A DNA stretch of 64,000 bases from Acidobacteriota bacterium (GTDB lineage: Bacteria > Acidobacteriota > Blastocatellia > Pyrinomonadales > Pyrinomonadaceae), in NCBI GenBank assembly GCA_003222895.1, contig QHXI01000052.1, positions 118,109 through 182,108 of the forward strand, read 5' to 3'. The position numbers were made by a program, and so were the translations under genes. Each line of letters opens with the position of its first letter. Position 1 is the first letter of the stretch. Positions 19,868 to 28,723 of this stretch are shown here, piece by piece. Below the pieces are notes generated by a model. It was not told where the DNA came from, searched no databases, and saw only the letters and a program-made list of their open reading frames with translations.

Positions 19868-20092
19868 TCATAATGGGGGATTGTGATTAATAATTTCGAC
19901 AATCGAAGTAAACGGAATCTTAACGACTTCCCCATCAGCGCGTTCGACCTTCACGCTCGGCGTCGTCAATGCCTGCGTAGTCTTCATGCTGCGCACAATG
20001 CCGCGCACACGATGACCGTCGTTGGTGACAATTTCGATGTTTCCCCGGCCGTAAAGCAGCCGCAAGGCGGCCAGAGCTTTGGTAACTTCCAT
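19868..20092 (-). CDS. Small hypothetical protein (74 aa)
   Basis: ORF upstream of, and on the same strand as, 19035-19796. The beta-rich segment NIEIVTNDGHRVRGIVRSM is vaguely Sm-like. Weak evidence. Confidence 0.35.
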   Translation of the reverse strand: MEVTKALAALRLLYGRGNIEIVTNDGHRVRGIVRSMKTTQALTTPSVKVERADGEVVKIPFTSIVEIINHNPPL

Positions 20093-20317
20093 TAACTTCC
20101 TTTGGGAATGAATTCGGGGAAAGGTTGACTATACTTGGTCAACTTGCATTCGTAAACTCGCCTTTGTCAGAAGCCCGATCGTAAGGCAGGGACGCTTTCG
20201 CAACTCGGCTTCCGTGATGCCAGGTATCCTGATACAAAAAACTCGCAACCAACTCACCACGGCTGGCGTATAATTTTTGCCAGTTCAAATCGCTGCTGGA
20301 TCAACAAGAAATTCGAT

Positions 20318-21271
20318 ATGCAGCCTCAACAAAATTTTAGTGCCGGTGAACAATCTTGCGCGCAGTGCGGCTCGCCCATGCCCAAAGAGATGCGGTTCTG
20401 CCGCTCGTGCGGAAATCGTTTGGGCGAAGGACCGGCGGAATATACGGAAACGGTTCGCCTTCCTGGCGCCACTGCGTCGGGTGCGCCGGGGACGACGCCG
20501 TTTTACCCGAGTGTTAACGCGCCCCTGATGCAGCAGCCGGCGTGCAAGCGGCGTCGCCGCCTGGGGTTTACGGGTAGCGCCTGGATTTGGATCGTGCTCG
20601 TAGCTTTCTTCGCCGTCGGCGGATTGATGAGCGCGATCAAGAAAAACATAGGCCGACCACCCTTCGCCGGCATAACCCTAAACAGATCGTATTTCGGCGT
20701 CGATGACTTCGACACGACAGACAGCGGCGCCACCTTCAAGAATGTCGAACCGCCCGGCGGGCCTGCGGACAAAGCCGGACTGGTCGGCGGCGACATCGTT
20801 ACGAGTTTCGATGGCCATCCGATCAAAGAAGCAAACGAGATCATGGATCTGCTCGCGCATACGCCGGTCGGTAAGACAGTCGAAGTGATCTACACGCGCG
20901 ACGGTAATTTCCACAACACGCAACTGACGACGATGTCGCGCGATGAATACAACCGCCTCGATCGTGAATATAGCCGGAGACCAGAAGGTAAAGGATATTT
21001 CGGATTCGAAAGTAACCGGATGACTCGTCTGAATGATCCATCAACCAAAACTTTCGGCGTCCAAATTGACTATATAGAGAGAAATGGCCCGGCCGATCTG
21101 TTTGGAATCAGGAAAGGCGACATCATCACAGACTTTGACGACATCCCGATTCGCACGCCCGATGAATTTCTTGCTCGCGTGCGTCGCGCACTCCCCTATT
21201 CGACCGTGAACATTACATTATTGCGCGAAGGCCAGAAGATGATCATCCCAGTCAAAATCGGCAAAGCGTAG
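20318..21271 (+). CDS. Zinc-ribbon / TM / double-PDZ domain protein
   Basis: CAQCGSPMPKEMRFCRSCGNRL zinc ribbon, one TM (WIWIVLVAFFAVGGLMSAI), and two PDZ-like segments (GGPADKAGLVGGDIVTSFDG; NGPADLFGIRKGDIITDFDD). TATAAT at 20269-20274 lies upstream. Confidence 0.7.
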   Translation: MQPQQNFSAGEQSCAQCGSPMPKEMRFCRSCGNRLGEGPAEYTETVRLPGATASGAPGTTPFYPSVNAPLMQQPACKRRRRLGFTGSAWIWIVLVAFFAVGGLMSAIKKNIGRPPFAGITLNRSYFGVDDFDTTDSGATFKNVEPPGGPADKAGLVGGDIVTSFDGHPIKEANEIMDLLAHTPVGKTVEVIYTRDGNFHNTQLTTMSRDEYNRLDREYSRRPEGKGYFGFESNRMTRLNDPSTKTFGVQIDYIERNGPADLFGIRKGDIITDFDDIPIRTPDEFLARVRRALPYSTVNITLLREGQKMIIPVKIGKA

Positions 21272-21272
21272 A

Positions 21273-21602
21273 TTAGCGGTTGGCGTGCTCGCGCATCTTG
21301 TTTTCCATTTCGCGCCGCGCGTCTTCTCGATCTTCTTCTGATTCGTCAGCTTCGAATGCTTCGAACAGGGCGTAAGGCTGTTCAGCGAGCAGTCGCAGTT
21401 CCCATGCTTCGCGCTTTTCGTGAGAAGGTCGCGCGAACCAAAGCCCATCGAAATCCGATTCAATCATGGTGGCTTCGTCGAATGTTTGGGCTAGTAATTC
21501 GATACGCGTTTCAGGTCGTAACAACAAACGTCGCAGCTTCCATCCGTGCCGCTCGTAATTCGAAACGATTTCAGCAGCCAACTCGCGCGCACTCATGCGC
21601 AC
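21273..21602 (-). CDS. Hypothetical protein (109 aa)
   Basis: ORF with an acidic C-terminus. No family recognised. Confidence 0.4.
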   Translation of the reverse strand: MRMSARELAAEIVSNYERHGWKLRRLLLRPETRIELLAQTFDEATMIESDFDGLWFARPSHEKREAWELRLLAEQPYALFEAFEADESEEDREDARREMENKMREHANR

Positions 21603-21681
21603 AGTATAGCGGACGCGCCGCGAGTGTGTGGCTTTGATTGTTGGCGCGCGAGCGAATTATAGTTGACGTTCAAATTAACAT

Positions 21682-22479
21682 TTGATGTCGACCGTCAATC
21701 TTTCATCTCCGTTTTATCAATCCCTGCAGCGCGCGCTGTCACAACGCAATACGACGCTCTCTGCAATTTGTCCTAATGATGACTCGGTCGCGCGACGAGT
21801 TCTGCACGATTACGGCGCGATGTTCGTTGGTTCAGAAAACATCTTGCCGCCACCGCGTTGCGTATTTTCATCAGAAGAACAGGTCATAGAATTTCAAGCC
21901 GAGGCCGGTGTCGCACCGGCAAAAATCGGCGCCGCCGCGATCGAACTGCAGCCGGCGGCAATCGACGCGTTGCTGAAAGCTCGCGCGCAAGCAAAGACGG
22001 AAGGCCTGGACATCACACCGCGCGATGGTGCTGAAGCCGCGCGGCGCAGTTACGCTGATACCGTACGCCTGTGGAACTCGCGTTTCTTGCCTGCGCTCGA
22101 TCACTGGACGCACGCGGGCCGTTTGACCGAAGACGAAGCGAATCGTCTGCGTGCGCTGCCCATTCATGAACAAGTGCCTGAGGTGCTCGAATTAGAAAAG
22201 GAAGGGATTTTCTTCAGCAAGGATTTATCAAAGTCGGTGCTTTATTCGATCGCCGCGCCGGGAACGTCGCAGCACATCGCGATGCTGGCATTCGACGCCA
22301 ACGAATTTCTTGACGCGCGCGTCCGCGAAATCATGTCTGAGCATGGTTGGTTTCAGACAGTGCTGAGCGATTTACCGCACTTCACTTTTCTCGGTCTCAC
22401 GGAGGACGAACTGCCGAGCCGCGGCCTAAAACCAGTCGAGGCCAACTCACAAAAATTCTGGATTCCCGATTTCGGGTGA
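21682..22479 (+). CDS. Putative peptidase M15 (VanY / D-Ala-D-Ala carboxypeptidase-like) family protein
   Basis: SQHIAMLAFD resembles the SxHxxGxAxD zinc motif. The downstream EHGWFQ...DLPHFTF resembles the terminal His motif. Assignment is tentative. Confidence 0.45.
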   Translation: MMSTVNLSSPFYQSLQRALSQRNTTLSAICPNDDSVARRVLHDYGAMFVGSENILPPPRCVFSSEEQVIEFQAEAGVAPAKIGAAAIELQPAAIDALLKARAQAKTEGLDITPRDGAEAARRSYADTVRLWNSRFLPALDHWTHAGRLTEDEANRLRALPIHEQVPEVLELEKEGIFFSKDLSKSVLYSIAAPGTSQHIAMLAFDANEFLDARVREIMSEHGWFQTVLSDLPHFTFLGLTEDELPSRGLKPVEANSQKFWIPDFG

Positions 22480-22645
22480 GAGTTAACAGACCCCATCCCT
22501 CCTGCAAAGGTACTGACCTTTTGGTTCATGGCATCCGCAAGTCCCGCCCTTACATCTGAATTCTTGTTTGTAGATTTTGCCGCGTCGCGGCCATCAGTTA
22601 ACATAGCTCATTCGATTCCTGCTTCTATTTTTCGCAATCTGCCAA

Positions 22646-24478
22646 ATGTTTAGAAAAGCTTTACCACTGATTTTTCTGGCTGTCTTTGCAAGTCTTACGA
22701 CGGCACAAACGACAGCGCCCAAAACGAATTCGCCCGCCCCGACGGCGGCGCAAGCTCGACCGGCCACGCCTTTCGAGCTTTCAGAGTACGGTGTCGCCTT
22801 ACAACCCGACGCGCGTTTGATCATCGTAATGGCCGCGCTTGAGGCGGCAGGTTTCGATCCGACGCCGCCCGGAAAAGAACCGTCGCCGTTTCGCATGCTG
22901 GTGCGAAAAGATCAGATGAATCTCGATTCCGCTCTGCGCGAACGGCTCAAAAACTTCTATGAGCGTTACAAGTTGCCCGCGCCGGCGACCGCTGCAGATC
23001 AGGCTACGCGTTATGTTTCGCTCGCGTATGCGCTGGGACCGCAGCCTGCGTTTGAAGCGCCCGATCGCTCGGAAGATTTGCCGGGCGGTGTGCTCGACGT
23101 GCTCGACTTTGCGCCACTCCTGCGCGAGTTCTATCGCAAATCAGGAATCGACGAACGTTTAGTTTCGTACCTGCGCGCTTATCAGGCTGAAGGCGATCGC
23201 TTGCGACCGGCCGCAGCGGAAATGGTTCGGTCCATTCTGTCGTACCTGCACACCCGCCCGATTATCGTCAGCACCGAGCGGGTCCGAGTAAAGAGCCCCG
23301 ACAAAAAGAAGAATTCGTCGACTATTGTTTACTCGACGCGCGAGCACGAGCGAAAGTTTTATATCGTCCCCGATTTGTTGGCGGCGCCGGGCGCAATCAA
23401 TTTTCGCGTGATTGCCGACGATTACTACGCGGTCGTGCCGGAAGGAACTGAGCCGGCTTTGTCGGAGTTGCGCCGCGGCTTCCTGCAATTCGTGATCGAT
23501 CCGCTGGTGCTGAAATTCAACAAAGAGATTGCGCAACAACGCGAGCCGATCAAGCAACTGATCGACGCGCGCACCAAAGCCGGCGCGACTGTTTCGCCGG
23601 ACGCATTCGTCATCGTGGGACGCTCGCTGGTCGCTGCCGCTGATGCGCGTTACGAAGAGGCAAACCGTCTGGCCTGGGTAATGGAAATCCAGCGCGCCCG
23701 TTTGCAAAAAGCAAACACCGACGGGGAAAGAAAATCGATCGCCGCCGAAGCGGAAAGCGCGCGCGCTGCGATCTCGGACGAAGCCGTTGCGCGGCTCGCG
23801 GAGGAATATGAAAACGGTGCGGTGTTGGATTTCTTTTACGCCGATCAGTTGCGCGATTTTCAAAGCTCGGGTTTCGATATCGCAAACTTTTTCGCCGAGC
23901 TCCACACCGGCGTCGATCCGGCCAGGGAAAGCAAACGCCTCACAGACGTCAACGCCTCTCGCGATCGCGCGCTGTCCGCTCGCAAAGCTCACCCGCGCTA
24001 TTATTCGTGGTTGATTGATCCGAGCGGGGAAACTCGCGAGGCGGCCACGGATCCGCGCAACGCGGCGTTCGTGAAAAATCTCGCCGAAGTCGAGACGCTT
24101 TTGCAGACCCGCAACTATGAAGCGGCCGAGTCGCGTCTGAAATCTTTGCTGCAGGAATATCCCGGCGACGCGCGTCTGCTGTTCACGCTCGGTCAAACGG
24201 CGAGTCTTTGGGCACGCGATACCACCGATGACGATCAGCAAGCGCAACGTTTGCATCGGGCCCTGGCGAATTATCGCTTAGCTGTCGCAGCCGCCTCACC
24301 TGAAAACGATCAAGCGTTGCTTTCACACGCGCACGAATCGATGGCGCGCATTCTGGCGTTTCTCGATCAGAAGGATGAGGCGGTGAAAGAGTTCGACGCG
24401 GCGATCAAGATCGGTCGAGTAACCGGCGGCGCTTATGATGATGCGCTGGCGGGGAAACGGAAGTTGTCGCAGCCTTAG
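22646..24478 (+). CDS. Secreted protein with C-terminal TPR-like repeats (610 aa)
   Basis: Signal peptide MFRKALPLIFLAVFASLTTAQT. The C-terminal 130 aa are TPR-like (NYEAAESRLKSLLQEYPGDARLLFTLGQ...). Confidence 0.6.
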   Translation: MFRKALPLIFLAVFASLTTAQTTAPKTNSPAPTAAQARPATPFELSEYGVALQPDARLIIVMAALEAAGFDPTPPGKEPSPFRMLVRKDQMNLDSALRERLKNFYERYKLPAPATAADQATRYVSLAYALGPQPAFEAPDRSEDLPGGVLDVLDFAPLLREFYRKSGIDERLVSYLRAYQAEGDRLRPAAAEMVRSILSYLHTRPIIVSTERVRVKSPDKKKNSSTIVYSTREHERKFYIVPDLLAAPGAINFRVIADDYYAVVPEGTEPALSELRRGFLQFVIDPLVLKFNKEIAQQREPIKQLIDARTKAGATVSPDAFVIVGRSLVAAADARYEEANRLAWVMEIQRARLQKANTDGERKSIAAEAESARAAISDEAVARLAEEYENGAVLDFFYADQLRDFQSSGFDIANFFAELHTGVDPARESKRLTDVNASRDRALSARKAHPRYYSWLIDPSGETREAATDPRNAAFVKNLAEVETLLQTRNYEAAESRLKSLLQEYPGDARLLFTLGQTASLWARDTTDDDQQAQRLHRALANYRLAVAAASPENDQALLSHAHESMARILAFLDQKDEAVKEFDAAIKIGRVTGGAYDDALAGKRKLSQP

Positions 24479-25101
24479 TCGTACGGATTCAGCTTCTCGA
24501 GCTGCTTATCAATCAGCGGAAACAATCGCTGCCGAAATTTCGCTACCAATAAATCGGCTTGCCGCACGTCTTCTTCAAGTCGTATTCGGCTTTGAGCCGT
24601 TATTGACAAGAGGCTCTCCAGTCCTTTTCGCTCACTATCCAACGAACGCCGCCGGGTGTCGCGCATCTCGGCGGTGCGCGTGCCGCCGATTCCGGCCATC
24701 GAGCGTTCGATGTTTTCCGGGCGCATGTCTTCGTCCATCTGCGTCATCCGCGTCCGGTATGCGGTCTCTTTTTCGATCAACTCGATGAGTTGCTTACGCA
24801 AAACCTCCGCGCGCTCTTCGGTGTGAGTCAGCAAGTCCAGATTCGTCGCGATCTGCTTTACCTTCTCGTTATCGCTCTGCTTTGAATCCGGCGACAGCAG
24901 TTCCTCGGTAATCGCCTGCAGCCTGCTGTTCAGTGTCTGCAGTGACTTTCGCAACAGCGCGAGTTCACTGGCGACAAGATCTGTTGAAGCCGACGATGGC
25001 GGAACTGCTTGAGAACTTGTTTGAGCTGAAACGCGATCGGCCGTTACGGTTACGGCCACCAACGCGATCAAGAGAAGCGCAAGTGTTGCGGGAATTTTCA
25101 T
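24475..25101 (-). CDS. Secreted coiled-coil protein (208 aa)
   Basis: Signal peptide MKIPATLALLLIALVAVTVTADRVSAQ, then heptad-rich sequence. Its stop overlaps the convergent gene by 4 nt. Confidence 0.5.
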   Translation of the reverse strand: MKIPATLALLLIALVAVTVTADRVSAQTSSQAVPPSSASTDLVASELALLRKSLQTLNSRLQAITEELLSPDSKQSDNEKVKQIATNLDLLTHTEERAEVLRKQLIELIEKETAYRTRMTQMDEDMRPENIERSMAGIGGTRTAEMRDTRRRSLDSERKGLESLLSITAQSRIRLEEDVRQADLLVAKFRQRLFPLIDKQLEKLNPYD

Positions 25102-25203
25102 TACGGGACTCCTTGATTGAAGTGGTGACGCATTAACTCACGCGCGACCCGGCTTGAAAGTTCCTTTTATCACGCGCGGCCATCAGATCCAATAACGTCC
25201 GCA

Positions 25204-26169
25204 CTAGACCGCTAGCTTCAATTCCTGCGGGCGGTCAAAGAAATTTTTCCAGGGATGGTTTTTTTTGATTAGCTGCGGAACGTTTTCAATCGTGAAGTCA
25301 GAAATCTTCACGCCTTTCTCAATCTGTTTCCAACTGAGCGGCATGGATACCGTCGCGCCGGGCTTGGCGCGGGCGCTAAAAATTGCCGCGATCGTTTTGC
25401 CGCGCGCGTTCTGCATCGCGTCAACATAAACCTGTTGTTTCTGGCGCTTCGCAAGCGACCGCTGGATCGTCGCGATCTTTGGCGCGCGCCGGGCAACTTC
25501 CGCCGCGAGCGCCTCGGCCACGGCCGCAACCTTTCGATAATCGTTCTTCGGCTTCAGCGGCAAATAGACGTGAATGCCTGACGAGCCGGATGTCTTTGGA
25601 AATGCCGGCAAGCCAACTTCGTCAAAAACCTCTTTGCAGACTAGTGCCACGTCCAGAACATTTTTCCACGGCGCTTGCTTCGGATCTAGATCAAGCATCA
25701 AGTAGTCCGCCTGGTCGAGATGCTTCAAGGTCGAATGCCACGGATGTTGTTCGATGGTGCCGAGGTTTACGAAATGCAACAGCGATGCGACAGTCGTATA
25801 GACGGAATAATTCAGTTCGCGTCCTTCCTGATTTACAAGCTTCACCGTTTTGATGTAGGGAGGCGCGCTCTCGGTGTCCTGCTGAAAGAACATCGGGGCT
25901 TTGATGCCGCGCGGATAACGCTGCAGAATCGCCGGCCGATCTTTTAGAAACGGCATCAGGTGCGGACTGATTTTCAGATAGTAAGAGAGCAGATCAAACT
26001 TCGTCAGTTTCTCATCAGGCCAATAAATTCGATCGAGACTTGTGAGTGAAACGCGCTGGCCTTCGACTTCGATAATGACATCGCCTTTGGGCTTTTTCAG
26101 CGCGAGGAATTCATCCGCCGAAATTGCCTGACCTTCTTTCTGACGCGTGAGCTTGACCTTTGGCGACAT
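25204..26169 (-). CDS. Stand-alone LigD-type primase-polymerase domain protein (NHEJ polymerase)
   Basis: SLTSLDRIYWPDEKLTKFDLLSYY, DRPAILQRYPRGI...FFQQD, LMLDLDP, KTSGSSGIHVYLPL are LigD Pol-domain signatures. Confidence 0.8.
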   Translation of the reverse strand: MSPKVKLTRQKEGQAISADEFLALKKPKGDVIIEVEGQRVSLTSLDRIYWPDEKLTKFDLLSYYLKISPHLMPFLKDRPAILQRYPRGIKAPMFFQQDTESAPPYIKTVKLVNQEGRELNYSVYTTVASLLHFVNLGTIEQHPWHSTLKHLDQADYLMLDLDPKQAPWKNVLDVALVCKEVFDEVGLPAFPKTSGSSGIHVYLPLKPKNDYRKVAAVAEALAAEVARRAPKIATIQRSLAKRQKQQVYVDAMQNARGKTIAAIFSARAKPGATVSMPLSWKQIEKGVKISDFTIENVPQLIKKNHPWKNFFDRPQELKLAV

Positions 26170-26278
26170 TGCGCGCTTCCTCTCGTGGCGCCCATTCTAA
26201 CATTCACGACTCTTAAGGCGTCGAACCACCACGTCACCAATTGTGTGATTCCGATCACGTTGAGGAAAGCATTTATTC

Positions 26279-26307
26279 TTGACCACCCAGACGCGCGTCG
26301 CTATACT
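26279..26307 (+). promoter_or_regulatory. Candidate promoter TTGACC-17 nt-TATACT of the TonB-dependent receptor gene
   Basis: -35 at 26279-26284, exactly 17 nt of spacer, and -10 at 26302-26307. The first ATG (26315) is only 7 nt past the -10. Confidence 0.45.
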
Positions 26308-26310
26308 TCC

Positions 26311-26340
26311 GATTATGAAAATGATTGTCAGAATCATATC
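26311..26340. promoter_or_regulatory. Fur-box-like hexamer array
   Basis: gattatgaaaatgattgtc matches the 19-mer Fur consensus GATAATGATAATCATTATC at 15 of 19 positions. It continues as cagaat catatc. It overlaps the promoter and start of a siderophore-type receptor gene. Confidence 0.5.
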
Positions 26341-28687
26341 ACCGGAGATCGGGCAGGACTTGCGCCTTTTCCTGCAATTTATGGCATTCGTGGCTGTCCT
26401 GGCTGCCTTTGCAGTAACCGGTCAGGCGCAGTCGAGCCAAGGTCCGCTCCGCCGCGGAACTGTTCTCGATCCAAACCGTGCGGCCATAGTCGGCGCTCGC
26501 ATTACGGCTAACGGCAAGACAAGCGCTTCGGCGGTGACCGATGGCAAAGGCGAATTCTCTATCGCCCTGCCGTTCGGTGAATACGTCATGAAGATCGAGG
26601 CTGACGGCTTCGCTTCGGTGACACGTTCGATCGCAATCGGCTCGAACGATGCTGAACCGGTTGAGATTGTCCTGACGCCGGCGTCAGCAACGGCGACGGT
26701 TACGATCATGGGAACCGACGCGTTCGGTTATCGAATCGATGCGATGAGCAGCGCGACGCGAACCCTCACCAACCTTCGCGACGTGCCGCAGTCGATCGCA
26801 GTCGTTAGCAAACAGCAGATCGCCGACCAGTCCATGAAGAGTATTGCCGACGTGGTGAACTATGTTCCCGGCATTACTTCACACCAGGGAGAAAACAATC
26901 GGGACCAACTCGTGATTCGCGGCGTAAGCAGCAGCGCGGATTTCTTTCTTAACGGTATGCGCGACGACGTTCAGTATTATCGAGATCTCTACAATCTCGA
27001 ACGCGTCGAAATCCTGAAAGGACCGAATGCGATGATCTTTGGGCGCGGTGGAGGCGGCGGCGTTGTCAATCGCGTGACCAAGGAAGCGGGGTTTTCAAAG
27101 GTGCGCGAACTTACCTTCGATGGTGGTTCATTTCACACGAAGCGCGTCGCCGGCGACTTCAATCAGCAGCTTAGTCAAAGACTCGCGCTTCGCGTCAATG
27201 GGACGTACGAAAATTCAGGCAGCTTTCGCCGTTTCGTAAATCTCGAACGCTACGGACTCAATCCCACGTTGAGTTTTACGCCGAACGCTGAAACGCGACT
27301 TACAATCGGTTACGAACATTTCCACGACGCGCGTGTCGCCGATCGAGGTCTCCCTTCGTTTCAAGGCAGACCTGCCGACGTGCCAATCGAAACCTTCTTC
27401 GGAAATCCTGGCGACAGTCACGTTCGCGCGCGCGTCGATCGGCTGGCGGGAACATTTCAACGTCAGATCGGGCGTCTGATGATTACGAACCGGACGATGT
27501 TCGGTGCTTACGAACGCAGTTATCAAAACTATGTGCCCGGCGCTGTCAATGCTGCCAAAACGCTGGTGACGCTCACCGCTTACAATAACGCGACGCAGCG
27601 GCGCAATGTCTTCAATCAGACGGATTTCAACTATTCAGTCTCAACTGGGAAGATTAAGCACACGTTGTTATTCGGAAGTGAACTTGGCCGGCAAGCAACG
27701 GACAATTTTCGCAACACGGGCTTTTTCAACAACGTCAGCACGTCGATCCAAATCCCTTTCAGCGATCCGGTGATCTCCACGCCGGTGACGTTTCGTCAGA
27801 ACGCGACCGATGCCAACAATCACGTCACGGCGAACGTTGCCGCCGCACTAGTCCAGGACCAGATCGAACTGTCACGTCGCGTGCAGGTCCTCGCAGGTTT
27901 ACGCTTCGATTATTTCGATCTGCAATTTCACAACAACCGCACTGGTGAAAACCTGCGCCGGATTGATCGATTGATTTCGCCTCGCACGGGAATTGTAGTG
28001 AAGCCGTTCATGCCTCTGTCGGTATACGCGAGCTATGGCGTGTCTTACTTGCCCAGTTCAGGAGATCAATTCTCTTCGCTGACCACGATCACACAACAAG
28101 TTAAGCCTGAGCAATTCACCAACTATGAAATTGGGGCGAAGTGGGATGCGCGCCGCAACCTGACGTTCACGGTGGCGGCGTATCGGCAGGATCGCACGAA
28201 CACCCGCGCGACTGATCCAAACGAGCCGACGCGCATTCTGCAAACGGGCAGTCAACGCACGAATGGCTTTGAAGCTGAAGTGAACGGCAACATCACGCGC
28301 TTGTGGATGATCGCCGGCGGCTATGCGCATCAGGATGCGTTTATCTCGAGCACGACTGCGGCCGCTCGCGCCGGCGCGCGAGTTGCGCTGGTGCCGCACG
28401 ATACTTTTTCGATCTGGAACAAATATCAGATCGTCAACAAACTTTCGTTGGGCGTTGGAGTCATTCATCGCTCAGACATGTTCGCAGCGATCGATGACAC
28501 GGTCACCTTGCCTGGCTACACAAGAATCGACGCGGCGGTTTATGTTCCGTTTAGTGAGAAGTGGAAACTGCAAGCGAACATCGAGAATCTCTTGAACAGG
28601 AAGTACTTCTTGAACGCCGATGGCAACAATAATATCTCTCCGGGTTCCCGGCGCGCGGTGCAAGTTAGTTTGATTACGAGGTTCTGA
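26315..28687 (+). CDS. TonB-dependent siderophore-type receptor with an N-terminal CarboxypepD_reg domain
   Basis: Signal peptide, then CarboxypepD_reg (GTVLDPNRAAIVGARITANG...GEYVMKIEADGF). Plug motifs DVPQSIAVVSKQQIADQ and ERVEILKGPNAMIFGRGGGGGVVN. Barrel ends SLITRF. Start uncertain (26315, 26321, or the later Met of MAFVAVLAAF). Confidence 0.85.
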   Translation: MKMIVRIISPEIGQDLRLFLQFMAFVAVLAAFAVTGQAQSSQGPLRRGTVLDPNRAAIVGARITANGKTSASAVTDGKGEFSIALPFGEYVMKIEADGFASVTRSIAIGSNDAEPVEIVLTPASATATVTIMGTDAFGYRIDAMSSATRTLTNLRDVPQSIAVVSKQQIADQSMKSIADVVNYVPGITSHQGENNRDQLVIRGVSSSADFFLNGMRDDVQYYRDLYNLERVEILKGPNAMIFGRGGGGGVVNRVTKEAGFSKVRELTFDGGSFHTKRVAGDFNQQLSQRLALRVNGTYENSGSFRRFVNLERYGLNPTLSFTPNAETRLTIGYEHFHDARVADRGLPSFQGRPADVPIETFFGNPGDSHVRARVDRLAGTFQRQIGRLMITNRTMFGAYERSYQNYVPGAVNAAKTLVTLTAYNNATQRRNVFNQTDFNYSVSTGKIKHTLLFGSELGRQATDNFRNTGFFNNVSTSIQIPFSDPVISTPVTFRQNATDANNHVTANVAAALVQDQIELSRRVQVLAGLRFDYFDLQFHNNRTGENLRRIDRLISPRTGIVVKPFMPLSVYASYGVSYLPSSGDQFSSLTTITQQVKPEQFTNYEIGAKWDARRNLTFTVAAYRQDRTNTRATDPNEPTRILQTGSQRTNGFEAEVNGNITRLWMIAGGYAHQDAFISSTTAAARAGARVALVPHDTFSIWNKYQIVNKLSLGVGVIHRSDMFAAIDDTVTLPGYTRIDAAVYVPFSEKWKLQANIENLLNRKYFLNADGNNNISPGSRRAVQVSLITRF

Positions 28688-28723
28688 TCTTTTCGGCAGA
28701 ATCTGGCGATACTGACTTGTGAT

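Noticed and set aside
23159-24256. 365-aa ORF on the minus strand
   Set aside because: Shadow ORF antisense to the signal-peptide/TPR protein gene 22646-24478. Its composition is Arg-rich and motif-free. The same reasoning applies to 12278-13063, 8907-9422, 9519-10040, 50855-51661, 29006-29704, 30601-31143 and 49095-49754.
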